Shown one piece after another: positions 35,916-46,316 of a stretch of DNA of 64,000 bases (within the stretch, counting starts at the first letter, position 1; the number at the start of each line of letters is the position of its first letter). Location of the stretch: NCBI GenBank assembly GCA_041661685.1, contig JBAZTY010000001.1, positions 64,691-128,690 on the forward strand. Reading direction: 5' to 3'. A program made the translations under genes and the position numbers. The notes beneath the pieces are model-generated. The model searched no databases and had not been told where the DNA came from. It saw nothing but the letters and a program-made list of their open reading frames with translations. Source of the stretch: Patescibacteria group bacterium. Its GTDB lineage: Bacteria; Patescibacteriota; Patescibacteriia; Patescibacteriales; UBA12465.

Positions 35916-36470
35916 ATGGAAATGAAGGGCATCGGCGGCGGAAAAGATTTTAGTGTCGTCAAGTTCAAGGATAAGCTCGGTTTCGCCACTAAGTATAATA
36001 GCTTGAAAGACAAGCGCGAGAGCATCATGAAAGTTGTTCGGAATTCCGAAGGCGCCATTCGCGGCAGTCGTTTCAAGGCTTCGGCCGCGATTTCTAAACT
36101 GAAATCCTTAGATAAGAACATATCGGCGGAAGAGCTTCGTAGCGTCCGAAAAGCCTTCCAGCAGCTCGAGACTGCGCCAAAACCGCGCATATCATCATTG
36201 CAGAAGGCAATAGTCGCGGCTGAAGAGAAGAAGGCAGCCGCTACATCAACTCTTAAATTGGTTCGTCCGAGCCTATCTAAAACTAATCGTGATCCTAGTT
36301 TTTATGGTAATGTTGATACTTATAAGCAGCACGGTACCGGTTTGGCTTCCGGCAGTATTTCGGCCGGCGGTCATTATGGCGTTGCGGCTAACCGCGGCGA
36401 GACCTATGATAAAGGCTTAGATAATAAGAAGCCCAGTAATCCGATCGGCCATCAGCGCGTCAATCTTTAA
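35916..36470 (+). CDS. Hypothetical protein (likely disordered C-terminal half)
   Basis: 184-aa ORF. Lys/Ser/Ala/Gly-rich. No motif recognised. Confidence 0.6.
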   Translation: MEMKGIGGGKDFSVVKFKDKLGFATKYNSLKDKRESIMKVVRNSEGAIRGSRFKASAAISKLKSLDKNISAEELRSVRKAFQQLETAPKPRISSLQKAIVAAEEKKAAATSTLKLVRPSLSKTNRDPSFYGNVDTYKQHGTGLASGSISAGGHYGVAANRGETYDKGLDNKKPSNPIGHQRVNL

Positions 36471-36687
36471 TCAATATAAAGCAGAAATTTATGGAAAAGA
36501 AGAACGTTCCCAGCGGGCAGAGGCTCCGCATGGTTAATTTTAAAGAGAAGTCGGAGTCCGCTACTAAGGATAACGAAAAATGGAAGACTCGCTGCGGCTG
36601 TTGCAACGTCAAGCCCCAGCGTTAATTTCGAACGTCTTTAATACCGGTCTTTTTGAATTGTTTTAATCTTAATTTTTATATTTCCTT

Positions 36688-37614
36688 ATGTTCTGGAGCA
36701 CTCTAGTCATCATTACTGGCCTATGCCTTTTTGAAGTTATCAGCAGCGTCGATAACGCGGTCGTTAACGCCCATGTCCTGAAGACCATGTCGGAGAAATA
36801 TCGGAAAATTTTTTTATTTTGGGGCTTATTATTCGCGGTTTTTGTGGTCAGAGGCGTCCTGCCTTTCATTATCGTTTGGATAGCTAATCCCGATTTATCG
36901 ATTCTGCAAGTAATTTCCGCCGCTTTCTCGAATGACCCGGCCATTAGGAATTATCTGGAAGCTTCCAAACCGCTCTTGCTCTTAGGCGGCGGCATCTATC
37001 TTTTCTTAGTATTCCTGTCCTGGCTATTCTTGGAAGAGAAAAAATATGCTTTTTTAGTCGAAGGCTTCATCCATCGCCAAGGGGTCTGGTTCTACGCGCT
37101 CGCCTCGCTCTTAACGACCGCGGTAGTTTATTTTTCCCTGCAGCGCAACCCTATCCTAGCTTTAGCCGCTACTATCGGCGTTAGCGCCTTTTTCATAACA
37201 GACGGTTTTAAGAAGAATGCGGAAGAACAGGAGAAGAAACTTCTCGGATCCTCTATGAGCGCTTGGAGCAAGATAATCTATCTAGAAGTGCTCGATGCTT
37301 CATTTTCCATTGATGGTGTTATCGGCGCTTTCGCTTTTACTGTCAGCGTCCCTCTGATAATCTTAGGCAACGGCTTGGGCGCCTTAGTAGTCCGGGAAAT
37401 GACTATCCGCGGGATAGACCTAATCACTAAGTTCGCCTATCTTAAAAACGGCGCAATGTATGCTATCGGCGTGCTTGGTGCAATCATGACCCTGGAGAGC
37501 TTCGGCCACGAATTCCCATTCTGGCTTGCGCCCCTGAGTATGGTGATATTTTTAGGATTATTTTTAGCCATGTCGCTGCGCGCCAATAAGAAAGAGAAGA
37601 TTGCCCTAAAATAA
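36688..37614 (+). CDS. TerC/DUF475-family integral membrane protein
   Basis: 308 aa, multi-TM. EVISSVDNAVVNA and DASFSIDGVIGAFAFT resemble the paired TerC-family motifs. Confidence 0.7.
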   Translation: MFWSTLVIITGLCLFEVISSVDNAVVNAHVLKTMSEKYRKIFLFWGLLFAVFVVRGVLPFIIVWIANPDLSILQVISAAFSNDPAIRNYLEASKPLLLLGGGIYLFLVFLSWLFLEEKKYAFLVEGFIHRQGVWFYALASLLTTAVVYFSLQRNPILALAATIGVSAFFITDGFKKNAEEQEKKLLGSSMSAWSKIIYLEVLDASFSIDGVIGAFAFTVSVPLIILGNGLGALVVREMTIRGIDLITKFAYLKNGAMYAIGVLGAIMTLESFGHEFPFWLAPLSMVIFLGLFLAMSLRANKKEKIALK

Positions 37615-37619
37615 AACAT

Positions 37620-38450
37620 ATGGTTTATATAAAATCAGCCGAAGAAATCAGGGCTATCAAGGAAGGCGGAAAGCGCTTGGCGGCCATCCTCAAGAAATTA
37701 TTATCCGAAGTAAAGCCCGGAGTCGATACTAGCTATCTCGAGGATATGGCCAATAAGCTTATTGCGCTTGAAGGCGGGCGGTCGGCTTTTAAGAATTACC
37801 CTATGGGCGGCGGCGTCATTTTTCCTTCGACTTTGTGCGTTTCTATAAATAATGAGGTTGTTCATGGCGCGGCTTATCCTGTCAGAACTCTCAAGAGCGG
37901 CGATATTGTCGATCTTGATATCGGTATGGAATGGCCGGTCAGTCCAGAGGTAAGAGTTAAATATAAATTACCGATGAATTCTCATTCTAAGAATGGCGGT
38001 TTCTTCACTGATATGTGCGCGACTGTCGGCGTCGGCAAGATCAGCTCAGACGCTAAGAAGCTCCTGCAGGTGTCTCAGAAATGCCTAGAATTGGCTATTA
38101 AGGCTGTAAAACCGGGGAATACTATCAATGATATCGCCCGCGCGGTCTCGGGTTATGCCGAGAGCCATGGCTACGGCGTCGTCCGCGATTTAGTCGGTCA
38201 TGGCGTCGGTTACTTCGCCCATGAGAAGCCGGATGTTTTTAATTTCGAGATTAGCGAACGCAGTTCCGAGAACGTCGTCTTGCGCCCGGGCATGGTCATA
38301 GCTATCGAGCCGATGATTAATGAAGGCGATTGGCGCGTTGATATCGCTGGTAATGACTATACCGTTTTGACGGCCGACGGCTCGTTAAGCGCCCATTTTG
38401 AGCATACGATAGCGGTAACGGAGAGAGGCGGAGAGATTTTGACGAAGTAG
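37620..38450 (+). CDS. map: Methionine aminopeptidase type I
   Basis: VVHGAAY..DIVDLDIG...GHGVG...VIAIEPM...FEHT metal-ligand pattern. Confidence 0.94.
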   Translation: MVYIKSAEEIRAIKEGGKRLAAILKKLLSEVKPGVDTSYLEDMANKLIALEGGRSAFKNYPMGGGVIFPSTLCVSINNEVVHGAAYPVRTLKSGDIVDLDIGMEWPVSPEVRVKYKLPMNSHSKNGGFFTDMCATVGVGKISSDAKKLLQVSQKCLELAIKAVKPGNTINDIARAVSGYAESHGYGVVRDLVGHGVGYFAHEKPDVFNFEISERSSENVVLRPGMVIAIEPMINEGDWRVDIAGNDYTVLTADGSLSAHFEHTIAVTERGGEILTK

Positions 38451-38493
38451 AAGGCATGGTTCATGTAAAAATAAAGCTTTAATAAAAAACCAT

Positions 38494-38886
38494 ATGGATA
38501 AGATATTAAATTATCTGGGCATAGACTGGGGCGAAAAACGGATCGGTTTGGCTACAGCTGATAGCGAAGTGAAATTAGCCCTGCCTCTGAAAACTGTCGC
38601 CAATCTGGCGGAAGTTCTGGGTGTGCTTCAGGAGGAAGAGACTAATGTTATCATTATTGGCGCTCCTCAGAAAATGAGCGGGGAAGCAGCCAATAATCCG
38701 GCTTGGATCGATTTTGTCGCGCAATTAAAGGAAAAAAGCGGCTTGCCGGTCGAGATGGTTGATGAACGTTTGAGCAGCTTGGCGGCCGATGCTTTGGGAG
38801 GGGAAGATAAGGAAACAGCCGGACGCGACGAGATTGCCGCGTCGATAATATTGCAGAGTTATCTGGATAAGAATGAATCAAAATAA
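38494..38886 (+). CDS. ruvX: Holliday junction resolvase-like RuvX/YqgF
   Basis: LGIDWGEKRIGLATAD...VDERLSS. Confidence 0.88.
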   Translation: MDKILNYLGIDWGEKRIGLATADSEVKLALPLKTVANLAEVLGVLQEEETNVIIIGAPQKMSGEAANNPAWIDFVAQLKEKSGLPVEMVDERLSSLAADALGGEDKETAGRDEIAASIILQSYLDKNESK

Positions 38887-38920
38887 TTTTTTTTGGTAGT
38901 TTCGATCAATCTTATATACG

Positions 38921-39544
38921 ATGATTATGAAAGTGAATACAAATATTTTAAATAAGTTGCGGTATACACTTTATACCCCAGGTTATGATTTGATAGCTAA
39001 TTTTTTTAAAGAATCTCGAAAAAAATCAATTGACTCTTTGGATATTAAATCAGGTGATAGAATCTTGATTGTCGGAGCTGGAACCGGATTAGATTTAGAA
39101 TTTTTACCAGATAATTGCGAAATAGTCGCGACTGATATCACGCCTTCCATGGTTGACAGAATTATAAAGCGCAATAAGCAGCTTCATAAGAATGTTCAGG
39201 CAGTTGTTATGGATGGACAAGCTCTTAAATTGGCGGACAATTCATTTGATATTATTATTCTTCATTTAATATTAGCGGTAATTCCTGATCCAGTAGCTTG
39301 CATGCACGAGGCGGAACGTGTTTTAAGGTCTGGGGGGCAAGTGGTAGTCTTTGATAAGTTTGTCGGAAAAAATAAGGCAATATCTTCTTTTAGAAAATTT
39401 GTGAATATATTTTCAAATATTATATTTTCGGATATTACAAGAAATTTTGAATCAATGATAGAAAATTCCGGGTTCACCATAGTTTCAGATAAGGACGGTG
39501 GTTTTAATGGAAATTTTAGATTAATTAAACTGATAAAAAAGTAG
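38921..39544 (+). CDS. Class I SAM-dependent methyltransferase
   Basis: Motif I ILIVGAGTGLDLEFL, post-I VATDITPSM. AT-rich gene. Confidence 0.75.
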   Translation: MIMKVNTNILNKLRYTLYTPGYDLIANFFKESRKKSIDSLDIKSGDRILIVGAGTGLDLEFLPDNCEIVATDITPSMVDRIIKRNKQLHKNVQAVVMDGQALKLADNSFDIIILHLILAVIPDPVACMHEAERVLRSGGQVVVFDKFVGKNKAISSFRKFVNIFSNIIFSDITRNFESMIENSGFTIVSDKDGGFNGNFRLIKLIKK

Positions 39545-39573
39545 CAGTTTGGTTTACGAGCTGAATAATATTT

Positions 39574-40317
39574 ATGGAAGAAACAAAAAATACACCAGCT
39601 CTAATACTTAATCGCCAAGATTATAAGGAAAATGACAGCTTAGTGACGGTCTATACGCCTCACTTCGGTAAATTGGCGCTAGTCGCGCGCGGGACTAAAA
39701 AAGCCGGTTCTAAATTAGCGGGCCATGTTGAGCCACTGACTTCAGCTGACTTTATGATCATCGCCGGCAAGGGTTTTGATTATATCGGCAGTGCGATTAC
39801 GCGCGAAGCCTATCCAGGAATCAGGGAGAATCTGAATAAGCTTTATTATGCCGGCAAGGCTCTCAATCTCTTTAATCGGCTGACTAAAGAGAACCAGAGC
39901 GATGAACGCTTATTTTTTTTATTAGAAAGATGGCTAGGGATATTGAATGATTTTTCTGATTTCAAGCGAGAAAACGGAGAACTAGTTTTGGCTTTCTTTA
40001 CCATTAAATTATTAGCGGAATCAGGCTACAAGCCGGAAATGTATCATTGTTTAGAATGTTCTAAGGTTGTCAGCCCCGGTAAGAATTATTTTAATCTAGC
40101 AAATGGCGGCGTAGTTTGCGAGGAATGTTTTGAAAAAGATCGTTTGATCGGAGGTATTCCTAAGACGGAATTATTGACAATAACTGATAATTGTATTAAA
40201 TTAATGCGTTTTATGGTTGATAATCGGTTCAAATCAGCAGAAAAATTGAAAACAGACAATAAGACTTTGAAGGAAATAGATAACCTGCTTGATAAATTTA
40301 TAATCTTCCATTTCTAA
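39574..40317 (+). CDS. recO: DNA repair protein RecO
   Basis: N-terminal OB region (ALILNRQDYKENDSLVTVYT), C-terminal Zn motif CLEC...CEEC. Confidence 0.85.
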   Translation: MEETKNTPALILNRQDYKENDSLVTVYTPHFGKLALVARGTKKAGSKLAGHVEPLTSADFMIIAGKGFDYIGSAITREAYPGIRENLNKLYYAGKALNLFNRLTKENQSDERLFFLLERWLGILNDFSDFKRENGELVLAFFTIKLLAESGYKPEMYHCLECSKVVSPGKNYFNLANGGVVCEECFEKDRLIGGIPKTELLTITDNCIKLMRFMVDNRFKSAEKLKTDNKTLKEIDNLLDKFIIFHF

Positions 40318-40327
40318 AATATTCATT

Positions 40328-40356
40328 AAAAACAGCTATCATAAGGCTGTTTTTTT
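40328..40356 (+). terminator. Intrinsic terminator after recO
   Basis: AACAGC TATCATAAG GCTGTT followed by TTTTT. Confidence 0.65.
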
Positions 40357-40357
40357 C

Positions 40358-40386
40358 TTGCTAAAATCTCGAAAATAAGTTAATAT
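40358..40386 (+). promoter_or_regulatory. Candidate promoter for aspS-asnS
   Basis: TTGCTA, 17 nt, TAATAT. Confidence 0.45.
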
Positions 40387-40456
40387 TTAAGTATAAAAAA
40401 ATATACATAATTCAAGTTTTAATTTGCATATTTCAAATTAAAAACTATTTTTATTT

Positions 40457-41758
40457 ATGTCAAGGATATTGATTGCTGACGCAAAAAAACAGGGAAATGG
40501 CGAAGTGACTGTCTCTGGTTGGGTAAGGAATCTGCGTGCCCATAAAGGCATAGTTTTTGTGGATTTGCGCGATATTTCCGGGGCGATGCAGGTTGTTTTC
40601 GTGTCTGGCCAAGGCGGCTACGAATTGGCGGAAAAATTGACTCTGGAAAGCGTTATTACTGTCACCGGAACTTTACAAGAGAAACCAGCCAAGAAGAATG
40701 ATCCTAATCCGGTTAAGGATTTTGAATTAGCGGCTTCGAGCGCAGAGCTTATCTCTTTAGCGAATGAGAATTTACCTATTCCTGTCCTGACAAAAGCTGA
40801 TAATGAAGCCAACTCCGAGAATCGTTTCGACTGGCGCTGGCTGGATCTGCGCCAGGAAGAGCATCAGCTTATTTTTAAGGTCTGGACTAAGTTAGAAGCT
40901 GGTTGCCGTGAATATTGGTTAAAGAATAATTTCATCCAGATCTATACCCCATGTTTTATGAGCACGGCTTCAGAAACTGGTTCAGAAGTATTTGAGGTTA
41001 AATATTTTGACCGGAAAGCTTATCTAGCTCAGTCCCCGCAATTTTACAAACAGATGGCTATGGCCTCTGGTTTAGAAAAAGTTTTCATGGTTGGAACTGT
41101 TTTTCGCGCTGAACCCTCTTTTACTAGCCGCCACGTGACTGAATTCACCGGTTGGGATTTAGAGGTTTCTTTCATCGATTATAATGAAGTGATGAGCATC
41201 GAGGAGGATTTATTGATTTCTGGATTTAAAAAAGTTAAAGAAGATCTAAATATTGAAGTAGATGTTCCAACTAAGCCTTTCCCAAAGATAACTCTGGCGG
41301 CCGCCAAAGAAAAATTAAAAGCGGCCGGAATTAAGAGCGAAAAAGATTATGATTTTTCTACCGAGGAAGAGAAGGAATTAGGCCACATTATTAAGAAGGA
41401 AACTGGCCATGATTTTGTTTTTGTGACTGATTATCCGATTGCGGCGCGCCCTTTTTATCATATGCGCCATCAGGATAGTCCGGGATTAACTAAGAGTTTT
41501 GATTTATTATATCGCGGCCTAGAAATAACGACCGGATCACAGCGTGAGCACCGGATAGAAGTTTTAGAGAAACAGGCGATTGAGAAGGGCATGAATCTGG
41601 AAGAATTGAAAGATTATTTGAATTTTTTTCGTTACGGCTGCCCGAGCCATAGCGGTATCGGCATGGGCCCGGGACGCATTGTTATGAAGATGCTGGATCT
41701 GCCTAGCGTTAAGGAAGCTTGTTTCTTGCCGAGGGATGTCAAGAGATTAACTCCGTAA
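40457..41758 (+). CDS. aspS: Aspartyl-tRNA synthetase, archaeal-type short form
   Basis: 433 aa. N-terminal OB anticodon-binding domain, class II motifs (FRAEPS..., [20 protein letters not shown]). Confidence 0.9.
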   Translation: MSRILIADAKKQGNGEVTVSGWVRNLRAHKGIVFVDLRDISGAMQVVFVSGQGGYELAEKLTLESVITVTGTLQEKPAKKNDPNPVKDFELAASSAELISLANENLPIPVLTKADNEANSENRFDWRWLDLRQEEHQLIFKVWTKLEAGCREYWLKNNFIQIYTPCFMSTASETGSEVFEVKYFDRKAYLAQSPQFYKQMAMASGLEKVFMVGTVFRAEPSFTSRHVTEFTGWDLEVSFIDYNEVMSIEEDLLISGFKKVKEDLNIEVDVPTKPFPKITLAAAKEKLKAAGIKSEKDYDFSTEEEKELGHIIKKETGHDFVFVTDYPIAARPFYHMRHQDSPGLTKSFDLLYRGLEITTGSQREHRIEVLEKQAIEKGMNLEELKDYLNFFRYGCPSHSGIGMGPGRIVMKMLDLPSVKEACFLPRDVKRLTP

Positions 41759-41774
41759 TTTATTATTTTTTTAT

Positions 41775-43166
41775 ATGCCTTATACTCTCATTAAATCATT
41801 ATACAAAGAGACTAGCCGCTATCTGAATAAGAAAATAAATGTTGCCGGTTGGGTTCGTACTGCGCGCTCTTCTAAAGAATTCGGCTTTATCGAGCTTAAC
41901 GACGGTTCTTTCTTCAAGAGCCTGCAAATCGTCTTTGAGAGCAGCTTAGAAAATTTTTCCGAGGTAGAAAATATCAGCGTCGGCTCGTCTTTAGAAATAG
42001 AAGGCGAACTCGTCGAATCTCCCGCGGCCGGACAGGCTTTCGAGCTCAAGGCCAAGAAGATTACTATAATCAATCGCGCGCCGGAAGATTATCCCCTTCA
42101 GAAGAAGAAGCATAGCTTCGAGTTCTTGCGCGAGATTGCGCATCTGCGCGGCCGCAGCAATACTTTTTCCGCCGTTTTTCGCCTGCGCTCTTCGCTCAGC
42201 TACGCTATCCATAAATTTTTTCAGGAAGAAGGCTTCTCTTATGTCCATACCCCGATAATTTCCACGAGCGACGCCGAGGGCGCGGGCGAGATGTTCCAGG
42301 TGACGACTTTAGATTTAAAAAATGCGCCTAAGGATAAGAAAGGCGAAATAGATTACAGCGAAGATTTTTTCGGCAAGAAGGCGGGACTCACTGTTAGCGG
42401 CCAGCTTAATGCCGAAGCTTTAGTGATGGGCTTAAATAAAGTTTATACTTTCGGCCCGACTTTTCGGGCGGAAAATTCGAATACGACTCGCCACGCTTCC
42501 GAGTTCTGGATGATGGAGCCGGAAATGGCTTTCGCCGATCTAGAAGACAATATGATTTTGGCGGAGAAGATGCTGAAATATCTGATTGTCCATGTCTTGA
42601 AAGAATTGCCGGAAGAGATGGAATTTTTCAATAAGTTCATCGACACGACTCTGATGGAGCGTTTGAATAATATCGTTGATTCTGAATTCGGCCGCGTCAC
42701 TTATACTGAAGCGATCAGCATATTAGAAAAGTCCGGCGAGAAATTCGCTTTCCCGGTAAAATGGGGGATTGATTTGCAGACCGAGCATGAACGCTACTTG
42801 ACTGATAAAGTCTTTAAGAAGCCGGTTTTCGTCATTGATTATCCGAAAGATATTAAAGCTTTCTATATGCGCCTGAACGATGACGGTCGAACCGTGGCTG
42901 CGATGGATCTATTAGTTCCTGGCATCGGCGAGCTTATCGGCGGCAGCCAGAGAGAAGAGAACTTGGATAAATTGATCAAGCGTATGGAAGAGATGAATAT
43001 GAAATTAGAAGATTACCAGTGGTATCTGGATCTGCGCCGCTTCGGTTCCGTCAAGCACGCCGGTTTCGGACTCGGCTTCGAGCGAGCGATCATGTATCTC
43101 TCGGGCATGGCCAATATCCGCGACGTCATCCCGTTTCCGCGCACGCCGAAGAATGCTGAATTTTAA
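41775..43166 (+). CDS. asnS: Asparaginyl-tRNA synthetase
   Basis: 463 aa. [50 protein letters not shown]. Confidence 0.93.
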   Translation: MPYTLIKSLYKETSRYLNKKINVAGWVRTARSSKEFGFIELNDGSFFKSLQIVFESSLENFSEVENISVGSSLEIEGELVESPAAGQAFELKAKKITIINRAPEDYPLQKKKHSFEFLREIAHLRGRSNTFSAVFRLRSSLSYAIHKFFQEEGFSYVHTPIISTSDAEGAGEMFQVTTLDLKNAPKDKKGEIDYSEDFFGKKAGLTVSGQLNAEALVMGLNKVYTFGPTFRAENSNTTRHASEFWMMEPEMAFADLEDNMILAEKMLKYLIVHVLKELPEEMEFFNKFIDTTLMERLNNIVDSEFGRVTYTEAISILEKSGEKFAFPVKWGIDLQTEHERYLTDKVFKKPVFVIDYPKDIKAFYMRLNDDGRTVAAMDLLVPGIGELIGGSQREENLDKLIKRMEEMNMKLEDYQWYLDLRRFGSVKHAGFGLGFERAIMYLSGMANIRDVIPFPRTPKNAEF

Positions 43167-43180
43167 TTAATATAAAACAT

Positions 43181-44110
43181 ATGAATAACCAGCACAACGC
43201 CAAGTACGCTTTTTATTACTTGTTGTCGCTCGTCGCGCTTATTTTTACGGCGCTCTCGTTCGGCATGATCATCTTCAGCATCATCGATAAGATCATCCCC
43301 GACGTCTTGAACAGCTATAGCAGCGTCGATGGCCAGTTGAAGTTCGCGATTTCCGCGCTCTTCATCGCTGCGCCTATCTTTTATTTAATCTCTAGCCTCA
43401 TCCATCGCGGTCTTCATCAAGGCGAATTGGAAAAGGATTCCGCTATCCGCCGCTGGCTCACTTATTTCATTATCCTCGTATCTTCCATGATTATTCTCGG
43501 CGTTTTCATCGGCGTCATTAATAATTTCTTATCGGGAGAATTAACCGGACGCTTTATCTTCAAGGCCCTGACCATGCTCTTCATTTCCGGAATCTGTTTC
43601 TTTTTTTATTTCTATGACATCAAACGCGAGAATCCGGATAAGGCTGATAAAGTCGTGAAAATCTTCTTCTTTGCGACCTTAGCCTGCGTCATCGCCGCTT
43701 TCGTCGCCGCCTGGTTCTTCGTAGAATCTCCGAAGACCGCGCGCAACCGTCGTTTGGATCAGGCTTTAGTCCAGAATATCTATAATATCGAGAATGCTGT
43801 GAACAGTTATTATGACCGCAACAAGAAATTGCCGCTGAATCTAGAAGAGCTCAAAGCTGATAAGAATATTTATATCAACGCCAGTGCGATGATCGATCCG
43901 GAAACCAAAGCGCCGATAGCTTATAATAAGATCAGCGAGAAGGAATTCGAGATGTGCGCGACTTTCCGCGTCGACTCGATAGAGGAGAACGCTCAGCAGG
44001 CGACTTCTTATGTCGGTCTGGATGTACATAGCAAGGAACATCGGGCCGGCTACCAATGCCTGCGCGGTAATCTTTATACCGCCGTCAAAGCTGTCGAAAC
44101 CATTAAATAA
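43181..44110 (+). CDS. Membrane protein (DUF5671-like TM N-half, pilin-like soluble C-half)
   Basis: 309 aa. About 5 TM segments, then DQALVQNIYNIENAVNSYYDRNKKLPLNLEEL, which resembles pseudopilin-type domains. Confidence 0.6.
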   Translation: MNNQHNAKYAFYYLLSLVALIFTALSFGMIIFSIIDKIIPDVLNSYSSVDGQLKFAISALFIAAPIFYLISSLIHRGLHQGELEKDSAIRRWLTYFIILVSSMIILGVFIGVINNFLSGELTGRFIFKALTMLFISGICFFFYFYDIKRENPDKADKVVKIFFFATLACVIAAFVAAWFFVESPKTARNRRLDQALVQNIYNIENAVNSYYDRNKKLPLNLEELKADKNIYINASAMIDPETKAPIAYNKISEKEFEMCATFRVDSIEENAQQATSYVGLDVHSKEHRAGYQCLRGNLYTAVKAVETIK

Positions 44111-44112
44111 TT

Positions 44113-44871
44113 ATGATGGATGTAACGTGTGAAAAATTTTCCGGTCCTTTCGGCTTGCTGCTCAGCCTGATTGAGAGCGAAGAGATGGATATAACCGAAA
44201 TCGCCCTGGCGAAGATCGCTGACGAGTATGTCGCTTATGTCCGCGCTAATCGCGGGATCGATCCGGAAGAACTGGCTGATTTCCTGGTCATTGCCGCTAA
44301 ATTATTGTTCATCAAATCGAAAGCGCTTTTGCCATATCTTTATACTGGCGAAGAAGAGGAAGAAATCAATGACTTAGAGCGTCAGCTTCGGATGTATAAG
44401 GAATTCGTCGCCGCTAGCCAGAAAGTCAAAGAATTAGTTTTGTCGCCGCGCCGCTCCTTCTTGCCGCCGCTGACCAAGAATCGCCGCGGCGGCTTTAATC
44501 TGCCAGTTTTCTGTCCGCCGGCTAAGCTTAATGCCGCCTTGTTGCATGAACGTTTCTTGATTCTGCTCGCTAATCTGGAAAAACAATTGGCGAAAATGCA
44601 AGAAGAGAAGCTGCCAGAGAAGACTTTAGAACCGAAGATAAGCATCGACGATAAGATCGCTTCGATCAAGCAGATGATTTCTAATAAGATTAAGGTGAAT
44701 TTTTCGAGATTACTCGCCTCGGCCGCGACGCGGACGGAAGTAATCGTCAGTTTCCTGGCTGTCTTGGAGCTGGCGAAGCAGAAAGAATTATTCTTCGAAC
44801 AAGATGAATTGTTCAGCGAGATTCTTATCAGCCGTCCGGCCGATGCCGCAGCCTTAAATAATCAAATCTAA
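44113..44871 (+). CDS. scpA: Segregation and condensation protein A
   Basis: FSGPFGLLLSLIESEEMDITEIALAKIADEY is a typical ScpA N-terminus. Confidence 0.88.
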   Translation: MMDVTCEKFSGPFGLLLSLIESEEMDITEIALAKIADEYVAYVRANRGIDPEELADFLVIAAKLLFIKSKALLPYLYTGEEEEEINDLERQLRMYKEFVAASQKVKELVLSPRRSFLPPLTKNRRGGFNLPVFCPPAKLNAALLHERFLILLANLEKQLAKMQEEKLPEKTLEPKISIDDKIASIKQMISNKIKVNFSRLLASAATRTEVIVSFLAVLELAKQKELFFEQDELFSEILISRPADAAALNNQI

Positions 44872-44873
44872 TT

Positions 44874-45422
44874 ATGTCATTAAAATCACAGGTAGAGTCT
44901 TTATTGTTCGTTTCTCTTAAGCCGTTATCCCTGAAAGAATTGGCGGCCGCCATGAAGGCGCCGGCTAAAGAGCTGGGAGAAGCGCTGGATGAATTGATAG
45001 CCGATTACGCTCAAGGCAATCGCGGCTTGGCGATTATTAAGAATAACGGACAGTATCAGTTGACGACTGCGGCTGATAATGCAGCCTTGGTTCAAGAATT
45101 TCTCAAGGATGAAACCAGCGGAGAATTATCCCAGCCGAGCCTGGAAGCGCTGACTATTATCGCTTATCGCGGACCGATAGCTAAGCTTGAATTAGAGAGA
45201 GTCAGAGGCGTTAATTGCAGCTTGATTATCCGTAATCTGCTCTTGCGCGGCTTAATTGAAGAAAGATTTGATAAATCTAAGAATGAGAATTATTATACAG
45301 TCACTCATGATTTCGTCCGCTTCCTCGGATTGGGGAGTATAGACGAGCTGCCTGATTATCTTAAGCTTAATTCGGCGGAATCCTTGAATACGGTCTTGGC
45401 CGCGACGGAAGATAAAAACTAA
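44874..45422 (+). CDS. scpB: Segregation and condensation protein B
   Basis: VESLLFVSLKPLSLKELA...LTIIAYRGPI. Follows scpA. Confidence 0.88.
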   Translation: MSLKSQVESLLFVSLKPLSLKELAAAMKAPAKELGEALDELIADYAQGNRGLAIIKNNGQYQLTTAADNAALVQEFLKDETSGELSQPSLEALTIIAYRGPIAKLELERVRGVNCSLIIRNLLLRGLIEERFDKSKNENYYTVTHDFVRFLGLGSIDELPDYLKLNSAESLNTVLAATEDKN

Positions 45423-45432
45423 TCATACTAAG

Positions 45433-46302
45433 ATGTTTTGGACGACAATAGTTAACATAATCACAACTTTATTCTTCGGTTTTCACGGCGTTCCGGCCGT
45501 GACTTCCGGAGCGGAAAGTCTGATCTTGAATCCGGGAGCGCCTAAAGCGCAGATGAGCGCCGAGAGGGGCGCGGTCTTAGCGGCAAATGATCGCTTCTTC
45601 CTGTTTGCTGAAAGAGCAGATGAAGTTCAGCCGATCGCGAGTATCACTAAGCTCATGACCGCGCTGGTATTCTTAGATAATAATCCGGGCTGGGATAAGG
45701 CTTATACTATTACTGAAGCGGATAAGGTCGAAGGCGGGCGCTTGAATCTTTTTTTGGGAGACGAAGTGACTGTCAAGGATTTGTTCTATACGAGCTTAGT
45801 TGCTTCCGACAACGGCGCTACTTTAGCTCTAGTGCATGCTAGCGGCTTAAGCGAAGAGGAGTTCGTTAAAAAGATGAATGAACAGGCCGTGAAATTAGGA
45901 CTGAAGCAGACGTCTTTCAGTGATCCGGTCGGTCTGAGCGAATACAACTTGTCGACAGCGCGCGAAGTTGCGCTCTTAGCTCAGGCCGCCTTTAAGCGCA
46001 GCGAAATCAGTGAGGCGACCACTAAGCCGGATTATCTTTTTATGACTCTGAACGGCCGGGAGAAGAAAATCGAATCAACCGATTATCTCCTGTTCGATTC
46101 TGGGGAGAAGACGCTGACCGTACTCGGAGGTAAGACCGGTTATACTGAAAAAGCCGGCTATTGCTTTGTCGGACGCCTGAAGAACAGCGCGGGCCGCGAA
46201 GTGATTTCGGTTGTACTGAACAGCCAGGATAAGAATGGGCGCTTCAAGGATAGCAAGAGTCTGGCTAATTGGGTTTTTACTAATTATGATTGGATTAAAT
46301 AA
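45433..46302 (+). CDS. D-alanyl-D-alanine carboxypeptidase (S11 family)
   Basis: SxxK motif IASITKLMT, SDN motif (VASDNGA), KTGYT motif, N-terminal hydrophobic signal. Confidence 0.85.
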   Translation: MFWTTIVNIITTLFFGFHGVPAVTSGAESLILNPGAPKAQMSAERGAVLAANDRFFLFAERADEVQPIASITKLMTALVFLDNNPGWDKAYTITEADKVEGGRLNLFLGDEVTVKDLFYTSLVASDNGATLALVHASGLSEEEFVKKMNEQAVKLGLKQTSFSDPVGLSEYNLSTAREVALLAQAAFKRSEISEATTKPDYLFMTLNGREKKIESTDYLLFDSGEKTLTVLGGKTGYTEKAGYCFVGRLKNSAGREVISVVLNSQDKNGRFKDSKSLANWVFTNYDWIK

Positions 46303-46316
46303 TTTTATTAAGTGAT

